Shown here piece by piece: positions 54,242-62,159 of a stretch of DNA of 64,000 nt; position 1 is the stretch's first letter; each line of letters starts with the position of its first letter. The stretch lies in IMG/VR virus record IMGVR_UViG_3300045988_144476. One strand, given 5' to 3'. The DNA comes from a virus. The position numbers and the translations under genes were made by a program. The notes under the pieces were generated by a model that saw only the letters and a program-made list of their open reading frames with translations, searched no databases and had not been told where the DNA came from.

Positions 54242-54604
54242 ATGTATATTGTACCAAGGATAGAAGTAAGAGAAGCAGAAGATATTATTGATTTTGCTAC
54301 GACAATGGATTCAGATATGAATCTATACTTTGAAGAAAAGAAAACGTTGTTAGAAGATATACCAAGAGGTGAGAATCCCGGAACTGCATATTATTCGTTT
54401 TATCCAGCGGTAATAAATCCTAAGCTGTTTTATGCGTATATTTTGGCAATTAAGTATTTTCAAGATGGTACATGTCAATGGAAATTATGTTTAACATCTA
54501 GGGAAAATAAAAAGTGCCATATGACATTAGGAATTATGAGAGGAACTGAAGAAGAAGCGAAAGAACGACTTGCAACAATTCTTACTTCTGGAAGTATTAG
54601 ATGA
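54242..54604 (+). CDS. hypothetical protein, immediately downstream of RT
   Basis: ATG at 54242, 8 nt after GAGGGAG and 3 nt after the RT stop. Confidence 0.55.
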   Translation: MYIVPRIEVREAEDIIDFATTMDSDMNLYFEEKKTLLEDIPRGENPGTAYYSFYPAVINPKLFYAYILAIKYFQDGTCQWKLCLTSRENKKCHMTLGIMRGTEEEAKERLATILTSGSIR

Positions 54605-54620
54605 GAATTGAGGTGTAATT

Positions 54621-55202
54621 ATGGGCTGGACTTCTTATCATGCAGAATTCTACAAAAACGGAACTGTTGATCGGAAAAAAGAAATTGATAAACTTTGGAC
54701 TCAGGCAGAATGTAAAAAATATCCAGAGTTAAATGTATTGAAATCAAGAATGGTTGGTTCTACATATTATGCAGCAATTGAAGAAAAAGAGAAAGGTGTC
54801 GTTAAGAATGTATTCGCTGTAGTTGTATTAACATCTATAAATATGAAAGATTATTTTAATTTTTCATATAAAGAGATGGATGAATCGGTTGGACCATATT
54901 GTTATGATTGTCCAAAAGGAATTCTTGATTTGCTAACAGAAACGGATAATGAATATGCAATAAATTGGAGAAACAAGTGTAGAGAAAATCTTCAGAAGAA
55001 AAAAGAAAAATTAACAAAAGGAACGTTGCCGGTTGGAAGTATTATTAAGGTCAAAAAATATAATGGTGAGTACGTAATATTACAAAAAATGTCACCAATG
55101 TATCAATTCAGGAGAGCCTGGTGGTATTGTGCAGAATCTAATACATATTATCCACTCAATCATATACCAGATGAATTTGAAATTATTAAGAAGGGAGCTT
55201 AA
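54621..55202 (+). CDS. hypothetical protein (193 aa)
   Basis: SD TGAGGTGTAATT. Confidence 0.55.
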   Translation: MGWTSYHAEFYKNGTVDRKKEIDKLWTQAECKKYPELNVLKSRMVGSTYYAAIEEKEKGVVKNVFAVVVLTSINMKDYFNFSYKEMDESVGPYCYDCPKGILDLLTETDNEYAINWRNKCRENLQKKKEKLTKGTLPVGSIIKVKKYNGEYVILQKMSPMYQFRRAWWYCAESNTYYPLNHIPDEFEIIKKGA

Positions 55203-55204
55203 TT

Positions 55205-55822
55205 ATGAAGTTAAATGAAAAAATTATAGAAGCCATTGAAAACAATGGATTTTGTTGTAGTGCAGTTGTGGAACAGGATAATGGATTTTATATTGAACTT
55301 TATCAAGACACGCCTGCAGGAGAAGATTGGCATGTAACAATCTGGTTTAATGGAAGTGACAATGAATTTATAAATTCATTCAGAAAGTATGCCGAAGATT
55401 TTGATGTTGATGAAGAAGCAGAAATTTGGATTAAATCAAGAGGTGAGCATGGAGTCCCAAGCAGCATCAGCCTATTAGTTAAAGATGCTGAATGGAAAAA
55501 AGAAAAGCTTGGATTGTTACTTAAAGATCTTGAAGATATTGAACACGCAAATTTTAACGAAGGACTACTCACATTGATTATCTTGGACAATATAGATTGT
55601 GATGAGCCAGCTTCAGTATTTATGATTCCATTGATAAAACAAATAGAAGTAGAAAATCTTGCCAAAACAATTCATGCAACAAGTACAGATAAAATTGAAG
55701 ATGAATTTGAAGATTTATTAAGAGAAAAGAGAATTAAACATGAGTGGATCGGTCGTATATATGATGCTAACAGAGAAAAAGATTGGATTGACGATAAGAT
55801 CTCAAGAGTAATTGTAGGATAA
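55205..55822 (+). CDS. hypothetical protein (205 aa)
   Basis: Packed array. Confidence 0.55.
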   Translation: MKLNEKIIEAIENNGFCCSAVVEQDNGFYIELYQDTPAGEDWHVTIWFNGSDNEFINSFRKYAEDFDVDEEAEIWIKSRGEHGVPSSISLLVKDAEWKKEKLGLLLKDLEDIEHANFNEGLLTLIILDNIDCDEPASVFMIPLIKQIEVENLAKTIHATSTDKIEDEFEDLLREKRIKHEWIGRIYDANREKDWIDDKISRVIVG

Positions 55823-55849
55823 TGATGAATTAAGCAAAGGAATGATAAA

Positions 55850-55936
55850 ATGGCATTTAAGATAGTAATTGGATGGTTTGTATTTATGTATGGAACTGCA
55901 TTGATTATGATTATAAAAGAAAGGAAAGAGATGTAA
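55850..55936 (+). CDS. micro-ORF encoding a 28-aa hydrophobic peptide
   Basis: MAFKIVIGWFVFMYGTALIMIIKERKEM; SD AAAGGAATGATAAA; its stop overlaps the next ATG (TAATG). Confidence 0.4.
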   Translation: MAFKIVIGWFVFMYGTALIMIIKERKEM

Positions 55937-56157
55937 TGCCTGAAAATATTTGGTTATATGGATTTGATGGTTTTGAAGGAACCAAAACAGTGGGTTTTGT
56001 AATTGCAAAATCATCAACAGAAGCGGTTGATAAAGTTTGGGATATGTATAATGACTTTGCAACTGATTATAATTTGTCAGATCTTGTGGTATGGAAACCA
56101 GAAGAAGATGATAACTATAGAGAAGATTATCCTAGTGTGATGGAAATTGTTTATTAG
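55936..56157 (+). CDS. hypothetical protein
   Basis: Track ORF 55873.. trimmed to the ATG at 55936, after AAAGGAAAGAG. Confidence 0.5.
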   Translation: MPENIWLYGFDGFEGTKTVGFVIAKSSTEAVDKVWDMYNDFATDYNLSDLVVWKPEEDDNYREDYPSVMEIVY

Positions 56158-56164
56158 TTATAAT

Positions 56165-56179
56165 TAATGTTTTAATCAA
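56165..56179 (+). promoter_or_regulatory. TAATGTTTTAATCAA box (copy 10)
   Basis: Exact 15-mer, 7 nt after a stop, heading a structured ORF-free stretch of about 0.5 kb. Confidence 0.5.
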
Positions 56180-56240
56180 ACCACAATTAAATAATATGCA
56201 TGAACACACATGAAATATACAATATCAATGAACTTTAATT

Positions 56241-56304
56241 AAGCTGCTTTAATACCAGCAGAGAGCCTGGTTTATCACCAGGCTTACTGCTGGTACAGCA
56301 GCTT
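56241..56304 (+). other. 64-nt three-segment imperfect hairpin (8+8+8 bp)
   Basis: AAGCTGCT..ACCAGCAG..AGCCTGGT-ttatc-ACCAGGCT..CTGCTGGT..AGCAGCTT, followed by ATATGAAAC box A at 56306. Confidence 0.6.
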
Positions 56305-56398
56305 CATATGAAACTGTTAAAGAAATGTGTAGAATTGATTGAGTGTATTAGAACCGGAGTATAACGGAAGATAAATGAGATATATTTTGTTCAAGGCT

Positions 56399-56459
56399 AG
56401 ATCCGTTCACTGGATCTGAACTGAAGATAATATCTTCAGAAAGATCCAGGAATGGATCT
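56399..56459 (+). other. three adjacent hairpins, the outer two with identical stems
   Basis: AGATCC-gttcact-GGATCT (56399-56417), CTGAAGATA-a-TATCTTCAG (56421-56439), AGATCC-aggaat-GGATCT (56442-56459), followed by box B at 56465. Confidence 0.55.
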
Positions 56460-56464
56460 CCACC

Positions 56465-56497
56465 ATATGAGACTTTTATAGAAATATACCGGATATA
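56465..56497 (+). repeat. box B: ATATGAGACTTTTATAGAAATATACCGGATATA
   Basis: About 80 percent identical by eye to box C at 58906. Related to box A at 56306 (ATATGAAACTGTTAAAGAAATGTGTAGAAT). Confidence 0.55.
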
Positions 56498-56577
56498 TGA
56501 GTTTATCTAAAAAAAATATGTAGAATAACATTTATTAACAAGGTAATTAAATTCAATAGAAGGCGATAGATCAGCGA

Positions 56578-56607
56578 GGCTGCCCGGATTATCTTCCTGG
56601 CTGCCCG
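56578..56607 (+). repeat. GC-rich direct repeat GGCTGCCCG x2
   Basis: Copies at 56578-56586 and 56599-56607; enclosed by AGGCG...CGCCT complementarity. Confidence 0.5.
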
Positions 56608-56695
56608 CTTTCCATACGCCTCTGATATGAAACAGTTTAAGAAATATTCCAAGATTACTGAGCTAATATATAATTTTACAAAGGAGATAGATGAA

Positions 56696-57199
56696 ATGAT
56701 TGAAAGAGAAGAAATGATGACTTATTATGATAACCTTATGGATTGGGTAGAAAGAGGACATGCGTTTAGGATTGATTTAAAGACAAAATCAATGCAGTTA
56801 CTTTCAAATGAAAAATGTATTGAGAATGGAGATTGGTTTCCTGATGCTGATCTGATTCATATTAATGGAATTTGTGATGAAGAAGACAAAACGAAATTCT
56901 GTTTGGACATTATTGAAGAGCTTTACCATAATTACAAATATTCAACTCCAACAGAGAAGAGTGAACGATATAAACAGAGAAATTATTTTAAAGCTTTATC
57001 TCCAGATGAAATGACTGATGAAGAATTAGTTAACGGTGAAGACAGAAATGTTGCAAAAGCAAAACTTGAAGGATTTATTCTTTGTGCTTCATTGGCCGGT
57101 TATCTTACTTGGGATGAAAAGAAAATGGGCAAATGGTTTTATCAGGGAAAAGATAAGGATCTTGTGATTTTAAGAGAATGGGTGGAGGTAAGAAGTTAA
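56696..57199 (+). CDS. hypothetical protein
   Basis: The track ORF starts at 56627 without an SD. The ATG at 56696 follows AAGGAGATAGATGAA and is preferred. Confidence 0.5.
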   Translation: MIEREEMMTYYDNLMDWVERGHAFRIDLKTKSMQLLSNEKCIENGDWFPDADLIHINGICDEEDKTKFCLDIIEELYHNYKYSTPTEKSERYKQRNYFKALSPDEMTDEELVNGEDRNVAKAKLEGFILCASLAGYLTWDEKKMGKWFYQGKDKDLVILREWVEVRS

Positions 57200-57202
57200 A
57201 TA

Positions 57203-57559
57203 ATGAAAAAGGAATTGAAGAATTATATATTCAAAACTACAACTACAATGAAAGAATACAATAATAAGAAATGGTATATTAATTCAGATGTAATTCCTGA
57301 ATTTCAGGTTCAAGCAACTTCTATTAATGAAGCGTTATTGAAATATAAAGATTATGTATATAAAGAAGGTATTATTAACATATCTGATAATGCATTAAAG
57401 ACTAAACAGAAAATGTATATTGATACGGTTGATGGTGTAAAACAAGTTGGATATGTAATTACCGGACAGACTGAAATTCTATGTGAAAATTACAAATGGA
57501 TCAAACAATATATTGATTTATGGGTAAAAATACTTACTGTTGTTGATACGGAATTTTAA
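57203..57559 (+). CDS. hypothetical protein (118 aa)
   Basis: Packed array. Confidence 0.55.
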   Translation: MKKELKNYIFKTTTTMKEYNNKKWYINSDVIPEFQVQATSINEALLKYKDYVYKEGIINISDNALKTKQKMYIDTVDGVKQVGYVITGQTEILCENYKWIKQYIDLWVKILTVVDTEF

Positions 57560-57580
57560 TATAAAGGAGAGATAAATAAT

Positions 57581-58765
57581 ATGAATAACTGGAATTATTT
57601 TGATAGCCCAGAATTATATAAAAAAGTAGAAATTCTTTTAAATGATGGTTCTGTTAGACAGGATATGATGATAAAAGGCAAGTATGATACCAATGAATGG
57701 CGTAACTATACAAATCATAGTGTAACAGCTTGGAGATATATTGAAGAGTCTAATAATAAAGAATTAATTAAAAAGGAGAATAAAACAATGATGAAAAACA
57801 CAAGAGAAAACAGAGTAGCAACAATGCAGTCAGCAGGAATTGACACAAAGAAATATTTTAGTATCAATCTTCCAGAAGGACTTAAACCAGGATCAGTGAT
57901 TTCATTAGTTATTGATGAAAATGGTAATCCTGCAATTGCTACAGAAACAGAAGAAAAAACAACTAAAAAGATAATTGATCCTGAACTTGAACAGTATAAT
58001 AGTATTATAAGTCAGATTGAGAATGGTTATGTAAGAAATTCTAAATTACATAGAAGATGGGTAATGGCACAGATGTTCAGAATGCTTAATTCTTCACTTG
58101 GATATAATGAGTGTTTGAAACGTAGATATGATTATAAGTATCAGTTTAATATGCTGATTGATGAACTGAATGCTCTTGGACATTTACAGAGGGAAGATCC
58201 TGAAGAGTTTAAAGACAGATTAAGTTTCTTCAATAAAGATGTGGTTATTGCTTTATGTAATGATTATTATGAAAAATTAAAGAAAGTAGTAGATAGTCTT
58301 CCAGAAAAGAAATGCGAAGGCAAACCGTATGTAAGAATTAGTGGAAATAATATTTTTATTGATGATTTAAATGATAAATTATATATTCCAATTTTAAACA
58401 GTATTATAGGTATTCAATATTGTACTTCTTATGAAGCACTTAGCAACTTATTAAAGAATTTTGTAAGGCTTTTTGTAAATAGATATACACTTCCTTACAA
58501 CACAAGTAAATGTGCAGCATGGGTAGATGCTTATAAAGGAGCTGGAGCTTATTATACAATGATGAACATGGTTAAATTTCATAATTGTTTTATTACTAAT
58601 AATACTACCGGAGAAGTTTACATAGGAATGAAAGCAGTTGGATATCTTAAAACGTTAAATGTTGTTCATGAGGGTTATGGATACAGAATGTTTGCCGAAA
58701 TGAATAGAATGATTGAAGAAAATCATTTTGATTTTAATGGAAGAATGAGAGAAATTTATTCTTAA
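57581..58765 (+). CDS. hypothetical protein (394 aa)
   Basis: SD AAAGGAGAGATAAATAAT; no motif recognised. Confidence 0.6.
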   Translation: MNNWNYFDSPELYKKVEILLNDGSVRQDMMIKGKYDTNEWRNYTNHSVTAWRYIEESNNKELIKKENKTMMKNTRENRVATMQSAGIDTKKYFSINLPEGLKPGSVISLVIDENGNPAIATETEEKTTKKIIDPELEQYNSIISQIENGYVRNSKLHRRWVMAQMFRMLNSSLGYNECLKRRYDYKYQFNMLIDELNALGHLQREDPEEFKDRLSFFNKDVVIALCNDYYEKLKKVVDSLPEKKCEGKPYVRISGNNIFIDDLNDKLYIPILNSIIGIQYCTSYEALSNLLKNFVRLFVNRYTLPYNTSKCAAWVDAYKGAGAYYTMMNMVKFHNCFITNNTTGEVYIGMKAVGYLKTLNVVHEGYGYRMFAEMNRMIEENHFDFNGRMREIYS

Positions 58766-58834
58766 AACTTTCATAATGCATAATTAATACGAAAGCAAAT
58801 ATATATTGCAATTTCCATAAGGTATATTAATTTA

Positions 58835-58907
58835 ATTAATCAGGCTATGTATGATGACATCTAGGAGGCGCATCGCCTCCATATGTCATCTCCAGAGCCT
58901 GATTAAT
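58835..58907 (+). other. 73-nt three-segment imperfect hairpin (12+8+7 bp)
   Basis: ATTAATCAGGCT..GATGACAT..GGAGGCG-cat-CGCCTCC..ATGTCATC..AGCCTGATTAAT, followed by box C. Confidence 0.6.
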
Positions 58908-58940
58908 ATGAAACATTTATAGAATTATATACGAATATAC
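58906..58940 (+). repeat. box C: ATATGAAACATTTATAGAATTATATACGAATATAC
   Basis: Direct repeat of box B (56465), about 2.4 kb away, on the other side of the 3-gene cassette. Confidence 0.55.
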
Positions 58941-59050
58941 AGAATGGAAATAATTACCAGAATTTCCAGAAATTACATGTTATTCCGATTTATCGGATAG
59001 TGTATAATGGTATTATATACCAAAAACGAAAATATGTTCGATTTTTTATA

Positions 59051-59079
59051 TTGAAAATGTTTTTGTAATATGGTATAAC
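59051..59079 (+). promoter_or_regulatory. sigma-A-type promoter candidate
   Basis: TTGAAA (59051-59056), a 17-nt spacer ending in TGG, then TATAAC (59074-59079); lies 50 nt upstream of the ATG at 59129. Confidence 0.5.
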
Positions 59080-59128
59080 AATATTAATTTAAGCAAACAC
59101 ATGTTCGAAAAATCGGGAGGAATGCAGC

Positions 59129-59398
59129 ATGAGAAAAAAGACAACATTCGTGGTAATAACCAAAAGTAATAGAGTAAAGGAAATCGTGTCTTTGGAAAGT
59201 CAAGATGATGCAATAAGTTATGTTGAAGAGAAATATTTATATTACATAAAAACGGTTCCAAGATATGATTATAAAAACTCGTTTATTAAAGATGATCGAA
59301 GTCTTGCAGTTGTATCAGCTGGAATATTTAGTGTAAAGATTATGATCTATCAGGGAAATGTTCAAAAGATAATGTCTGGATGGAAAGACAAGAAATAA
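59129..59398 (+). CDS. hypothetical protein (89 aa)
   Basis: SD GGGAGGAATGCAGC; followed by a strong terminator. Confidence 0.55.
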   Translation: MRKKTTFVVITKSNRVKEIVSLESQDDAISYVEEKYLYYIKTVPRYDYKNSFIKDDRSLAVVSAGIFSVKIMIYQGNVQKIMSGWKDKK

Positions 59399-59411
59399 GT
59401 TGATATTAGAA

Positions 59412-59443
59412 GATCAGTACTAATTGGTACTGGTCTTTTTTTA
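59412..59443 (+). terminator. rho-independent terminator
   Basis: 9-bp stem GATCAGTAC/GTACTGGTC followed by 7 T. Confidence 0.85.
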
Positions 59444-59466
59444 TTACAGAAAAGGAGTTTGATAAC

Positions 59467-60135
59467 ATGATGGAAAGAGAAGTAATAGTTTCAATTAAAG
59501 ATTGTGAGAAAATTACAGGATTACATTTTACATTAAATCATCAGGGTAAGATGAAAGGTATGCAGAGCTTATCAACTAGCTGCACATGTAATGAACATTG
59601 TAAAAGCAGATCAAAAAATACATCAACGGTATGCTCTCATTGTTATGCTCAGAGACAAATGAAAATATATAAAAATCTTGAAAAGTGTTTGATCAAGAAT
59701 ACGAAGATTCTTACAGAACAGGTTATCTCAAAAGAAAATTTGCCAATTATTAATGCGTTATATTTTAGACTTGAAGCATTTGGAGATTTAAATAATACAA
59801 CACAAGTAATTAATTATTTTAATTTATGTAAAAAGAATCCGGATGTCAAATTTGGATTATGGAGTAAAAATTTATGGTTGATTGAAGCTGCAATTAATGA
59901 TGGAAATTCCAAACCCAAAAACTTGCAGATCATTTATAGTATTCCTTTTCTAAATGATCGAAATGATAATATTTTTATTTTATATCCTTTTGTTGATAAG
60001 ATTTTTACAGTATTTGAAAAAAATTTTATTAAGAAAAATGATATAGAAATTAATTGTGGGGCTAAGAGCTGCTTATGTTGTGGAAAATGTTATAAGAAAA
60101 ACAAAGTAAAGTATATAAACGAGCGTCTTAAATAA
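59467..60135 (+). CDS. Cys-rich protein (possible metal-cluster enzyme), function unknown
   Basis: STSCTCNEHC..VCSHCYAQ near the N-terminus and CGAKSCLCCGKC near the C-terminus. Confidence 0.5.
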   Translation: MMEREVIVSIKDCEKITGLHFTLNHQGKMKGMQSLSTSCTCNEHCKSRSKNTSTVCSHCYAQRQMKIYKNLEKCLIKNTKILTEQVISKENLPIINALYFRLEAFGDLNNTTQVINYFNLCKKNPDVKFGLWSKNLWLIEAAINDGNSKPKNLQIIYSIPFLNDRNDNIFILYPFVDKIFTVFEKNFIKKNDIEINCGAKSCLCCGKCYKKNKVKYINERLK

Positions 60136-60147
60136 TGATTTAATCAA
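60133..60147 (+). promoter_or_regulatory. TAATGATTTAATCAA box (copy 11)
   Basis: Its first three nucleotides are the stop codon of gene 59467..60135. Confidence 0.5.
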
Positions 60148-60184
60148 ATACATTGTATTGCAATCAGAAAGGATGTATTGTATA

Positions 60185-60754
60185 ATGAAAACAGCAAAAG
60201 GATATAAATTATTTAGAATATTGAAATCACAGCCAGGTAAATTATTTCCACTTTATGTTTATGCAACAGAAGAAATCCCTATTGGAGAATGGCTTAAAGC
60301 TAAAGAAGGACAAAAGACAGAAAATGGAAAGGTTAAAAGTAAACTTGGACCATTAAGATTTAGACCTGGGTTTCATATTAATGATATAGCTCCATATGTT
60401 TCTCATATTGGAAAGAAGGTAAATGGAAAGATTTGCTTTATGAGGCCGGATACAGTATGGGCTGAAGTTGAATATTGTATTGATCATGATTATTGTGATG
60501 AGGCAAAACAAAATGGTTATTGGAATGATATATTTTATCCGGTAAGAGCTGATCTTGATTATATTCCTATGAATGGATTTTATCGGTATAAAACAAATCC
60601 TACAATGACTGGAGAATGGATTATTGCCGGTGAGATGAAAGTATTGAGGATTTTGAGTGATATAGAAGTGAAAGAGATTTGTGATGAAGTTGGATCTGCT
60701 TATCTTCCAAGAGAACATGAAATTGATTTAAGAGAATATGGTTTTGCTGCGTAA
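60185..60754 (+). CDS. hypothetical protein (KGYKLF... N-terminus)
   Basis: ATG at 60185 after GAAAGGATG. The N-terminal KGYK.F...GFH theme also occurs in the NTGxx repeat protein. Confidence 0.55.
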   Translation: MKTAKGYKLFRILKSQPGKLFPLYVYATEEIPIGEWLKAKEGQKTENGKVKSKLGPLRFRPGFHINDIAPYVSHIGKKVNGKICFMRPDTVWAEVEYCIDHDYCDEAKQNGYWNDIFYPVRADLDYIPMNGFYRYKTNPTMTGEWIIAGEMKVLRILSDIEVKEICDEVGSAYLPREHEIDLREYGFAA

Positions 60755-60854
60755 TATAATGAAGAACGACAAATGGAGATTATAGATTTTATTTAATACC
60801 GGAGAAGGAATTTACGCAGCATGACAATGAAATAATAGTTTTGAGGTGAAAAAT

Positions 60855-61034
60855 ATGAAGCAATTATATATTGTTGTAGATATTCCAAGATATCCAGAGG
60901 ATAATCCATCTTATAAATATGTTGTAAGAGCAAATGATTATAAAGAAGCAATTGAAATAGTGAAAAGAAAAACTGGACGAGAATCATGGGAGTTTGATGC
61001 GGATTTAGCGGAAAATGATGAAGTGTGGGAGTAG
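60855..61034 (+). CDS. hypothetical protein
   Basis: ATG at 60855, 6 nt after GAGGTG. Confidence 0.5.
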   Translation: MKQLYIVVDIPRYPEDNPSYKYVVRANDYKEAIEIVKRKTGRESWEFDADLAENDEVWE

Positions 61035-61042
61035 ATGATTTT

Positions 61043-61306
61043 ATGGAACATGTGAATATATTTGAGACAAAAACAGATGAAGAACTGTTAACATTGTATG
61101 ATCAGTTTCTTGAAGCAGAGAAATGTGGTAGATTTTTCGATGGTAATGAACTTGGAAAAATTAAAAGAGAGTATAAAACTGATTTTGGTGCAAATACAGT
61201 ATTAATGCTACAAATAGAACTGACACATACCATAGCGGATAGATGGTACAAAAATAATTCAAAATGTACCGGAATGTGTTGCATGGAAAATATTGATGAA
61301 ATTTGA
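61043..61306 (+). CDS. hypothetical protein
   Basis: ATG at 61043 after GGGAG (the track start at 61025 is GTG). Confidence 0.5.
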   Translation: MEHVNIFETKTDEELLTLYDQFLEAEKCGRFFDGNELGKIKREYKTDFGANTVLMLQIELTHTIADRWYKNNSKCTGMCCMENIDEI

Positions 61307-61325
61307 CTTTTGATGGAGAAATTAT

Positions 61326-61478
61326 ATGTATGATAGAAATGAAATCAAACGGATAATCGATGAATCAGTATTTATGGCAAAGTATACTTGTATGATAAAA
61401 GATGATCATAAAAGAGAAACTATTGCAATTGAAGAAGTGAAAACACGATTGTATGACGCATTTGGAATCGAGGAATAA
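61326..61478 (+). CDS. small hypothetical protein (50 aa)
   Basis: MYDRNEIKRIIDES...; fills a gap; below the ORF-track cutoff. Confidence 0.4.
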   Translation: MYDRNEIKRIIDESVFMAKYTCMIKDDHKRETIAIEEVKTRLYDAFGIEE

Positions 61479-61481
61479 AAT

Positions 61482-61670
61482 ATGACAGAGCAAGAGAAAA
61501 CAATATTAAAATATTTAGAAGAATCGTATTCCGGTGCAAAAATAATGCACGATGAAGAGTGTATGATCAGGATTGCAAGAGCTATGGATGCATTCAAAAC
61601 AGATCCTAATGTTGATGTAACGGAATATTTTACACAGAAATTTTTGAACGAGATTTATTCATTAAACTAA
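61482..61670 (+). CDS. hypothetical protein (62 aa)
   Basis: Packed array. Confidence 0.5.
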   Translation: MTEQEKTILKYLEESYSGAKIMHDEECMIRIARAMDAFKTDPNVDVTEYFTQKFLNEIYSLN

Positions 61671-61683
61671 AGGTGGTTACAGT

Positions 61684-61908
61684 ATGCAAAATCCATATAA
61701 TTCAATGTCAAATGGTGATCTTTATATAATTTATAAAGATTATTTTCATTCAAAAGAGACTGGAAATAGATGTGAAAGTTTTGTACCATACGCAAAAGAA
61801 ATCAAAGAAAACATTGGTGGTGATTATACGCTGCGAGAAGGGATAGAAGAAGCTAAAAAAGATTTCTTTGAAGAAGTATGCAGAAGATTTTTTGAAAATA
61901 TGAGATGA
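61684..61908 (+). CDS. hypothetical protein (74 aa)
   Basis: SD AAGGTGGTTACAGT. Confidence 0.5.
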   Translation: MQNPYNSMSNGDLYIIYKDYFHSKETGNRCESFVPYAKEIKENIGGDYTLREGIEEAKKDFFEEVCRRFFENMR

Positions 61909-61932
61909 TTAAAATAAAAGGAGCGTGATTAA

Positions 61933-62145
61933 ATGGCAGGAAGAAGAGATTGGTATAATATTTCAACGTTTGTTTGCCCAGAGTGCGGTACGGAAATGCC
62001 GATTCCGAGATGGCATGGACATAGAAGAGAGAAAGGACATATTAAAGATTTATATTGTCCGAAATGTAAAAAGACACAGAAATTTAAGGAATTTAATAAT
62101 AAACAGTTTTATAAGACACTTGATGGTGAATTAATTAGTGCGTGA
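61933..62145 (+). CDS. zinc-ribbon protein (70 aa)
   Basis: CPECGTE...CPKCKK; SD AAAGGAGCGTGATTAA. Preferred over the overlapping frame 61925..62134. Confidence 0.55.
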   Translation: MAGRRDWYNISTFVCPECGTEMPIPRWHGHRREKGHIKDLYCPKCKKTQKFKEFNNKQFYKTLDGELISA

Positions 62146-62159
62146 GGAGGTAGGGAAAT

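Noticed and set aside
52548-54604. Diversity-generating retroelement around the RT
   Set aside because: There is no non-coding template repeat next to the RT, and I saw no VR/TR-like long repeat pair nearby. RT motif B is QGxxxS of group-II type, not the DGR-type I/LGxxxSQ.
52548-54604. Retron or mobile group II intron
   Set aside because: The RT ORF is flanked by translationally coupled ORFs (9-nt and 3-nt gaps). That leaves no space for msr/msd or for intron domains I-VI, and no domain-V-like hairpin was seen.
56399-56459. CRISPR-like array, because AGATCC/GGATCT hairpins recur
   Set aside because: There are only two copies of a 6-bp stem at irregular spacing, with no 25-40 nt identical direct repeats or spacers. 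These are hairpins, not a CRISPR array.
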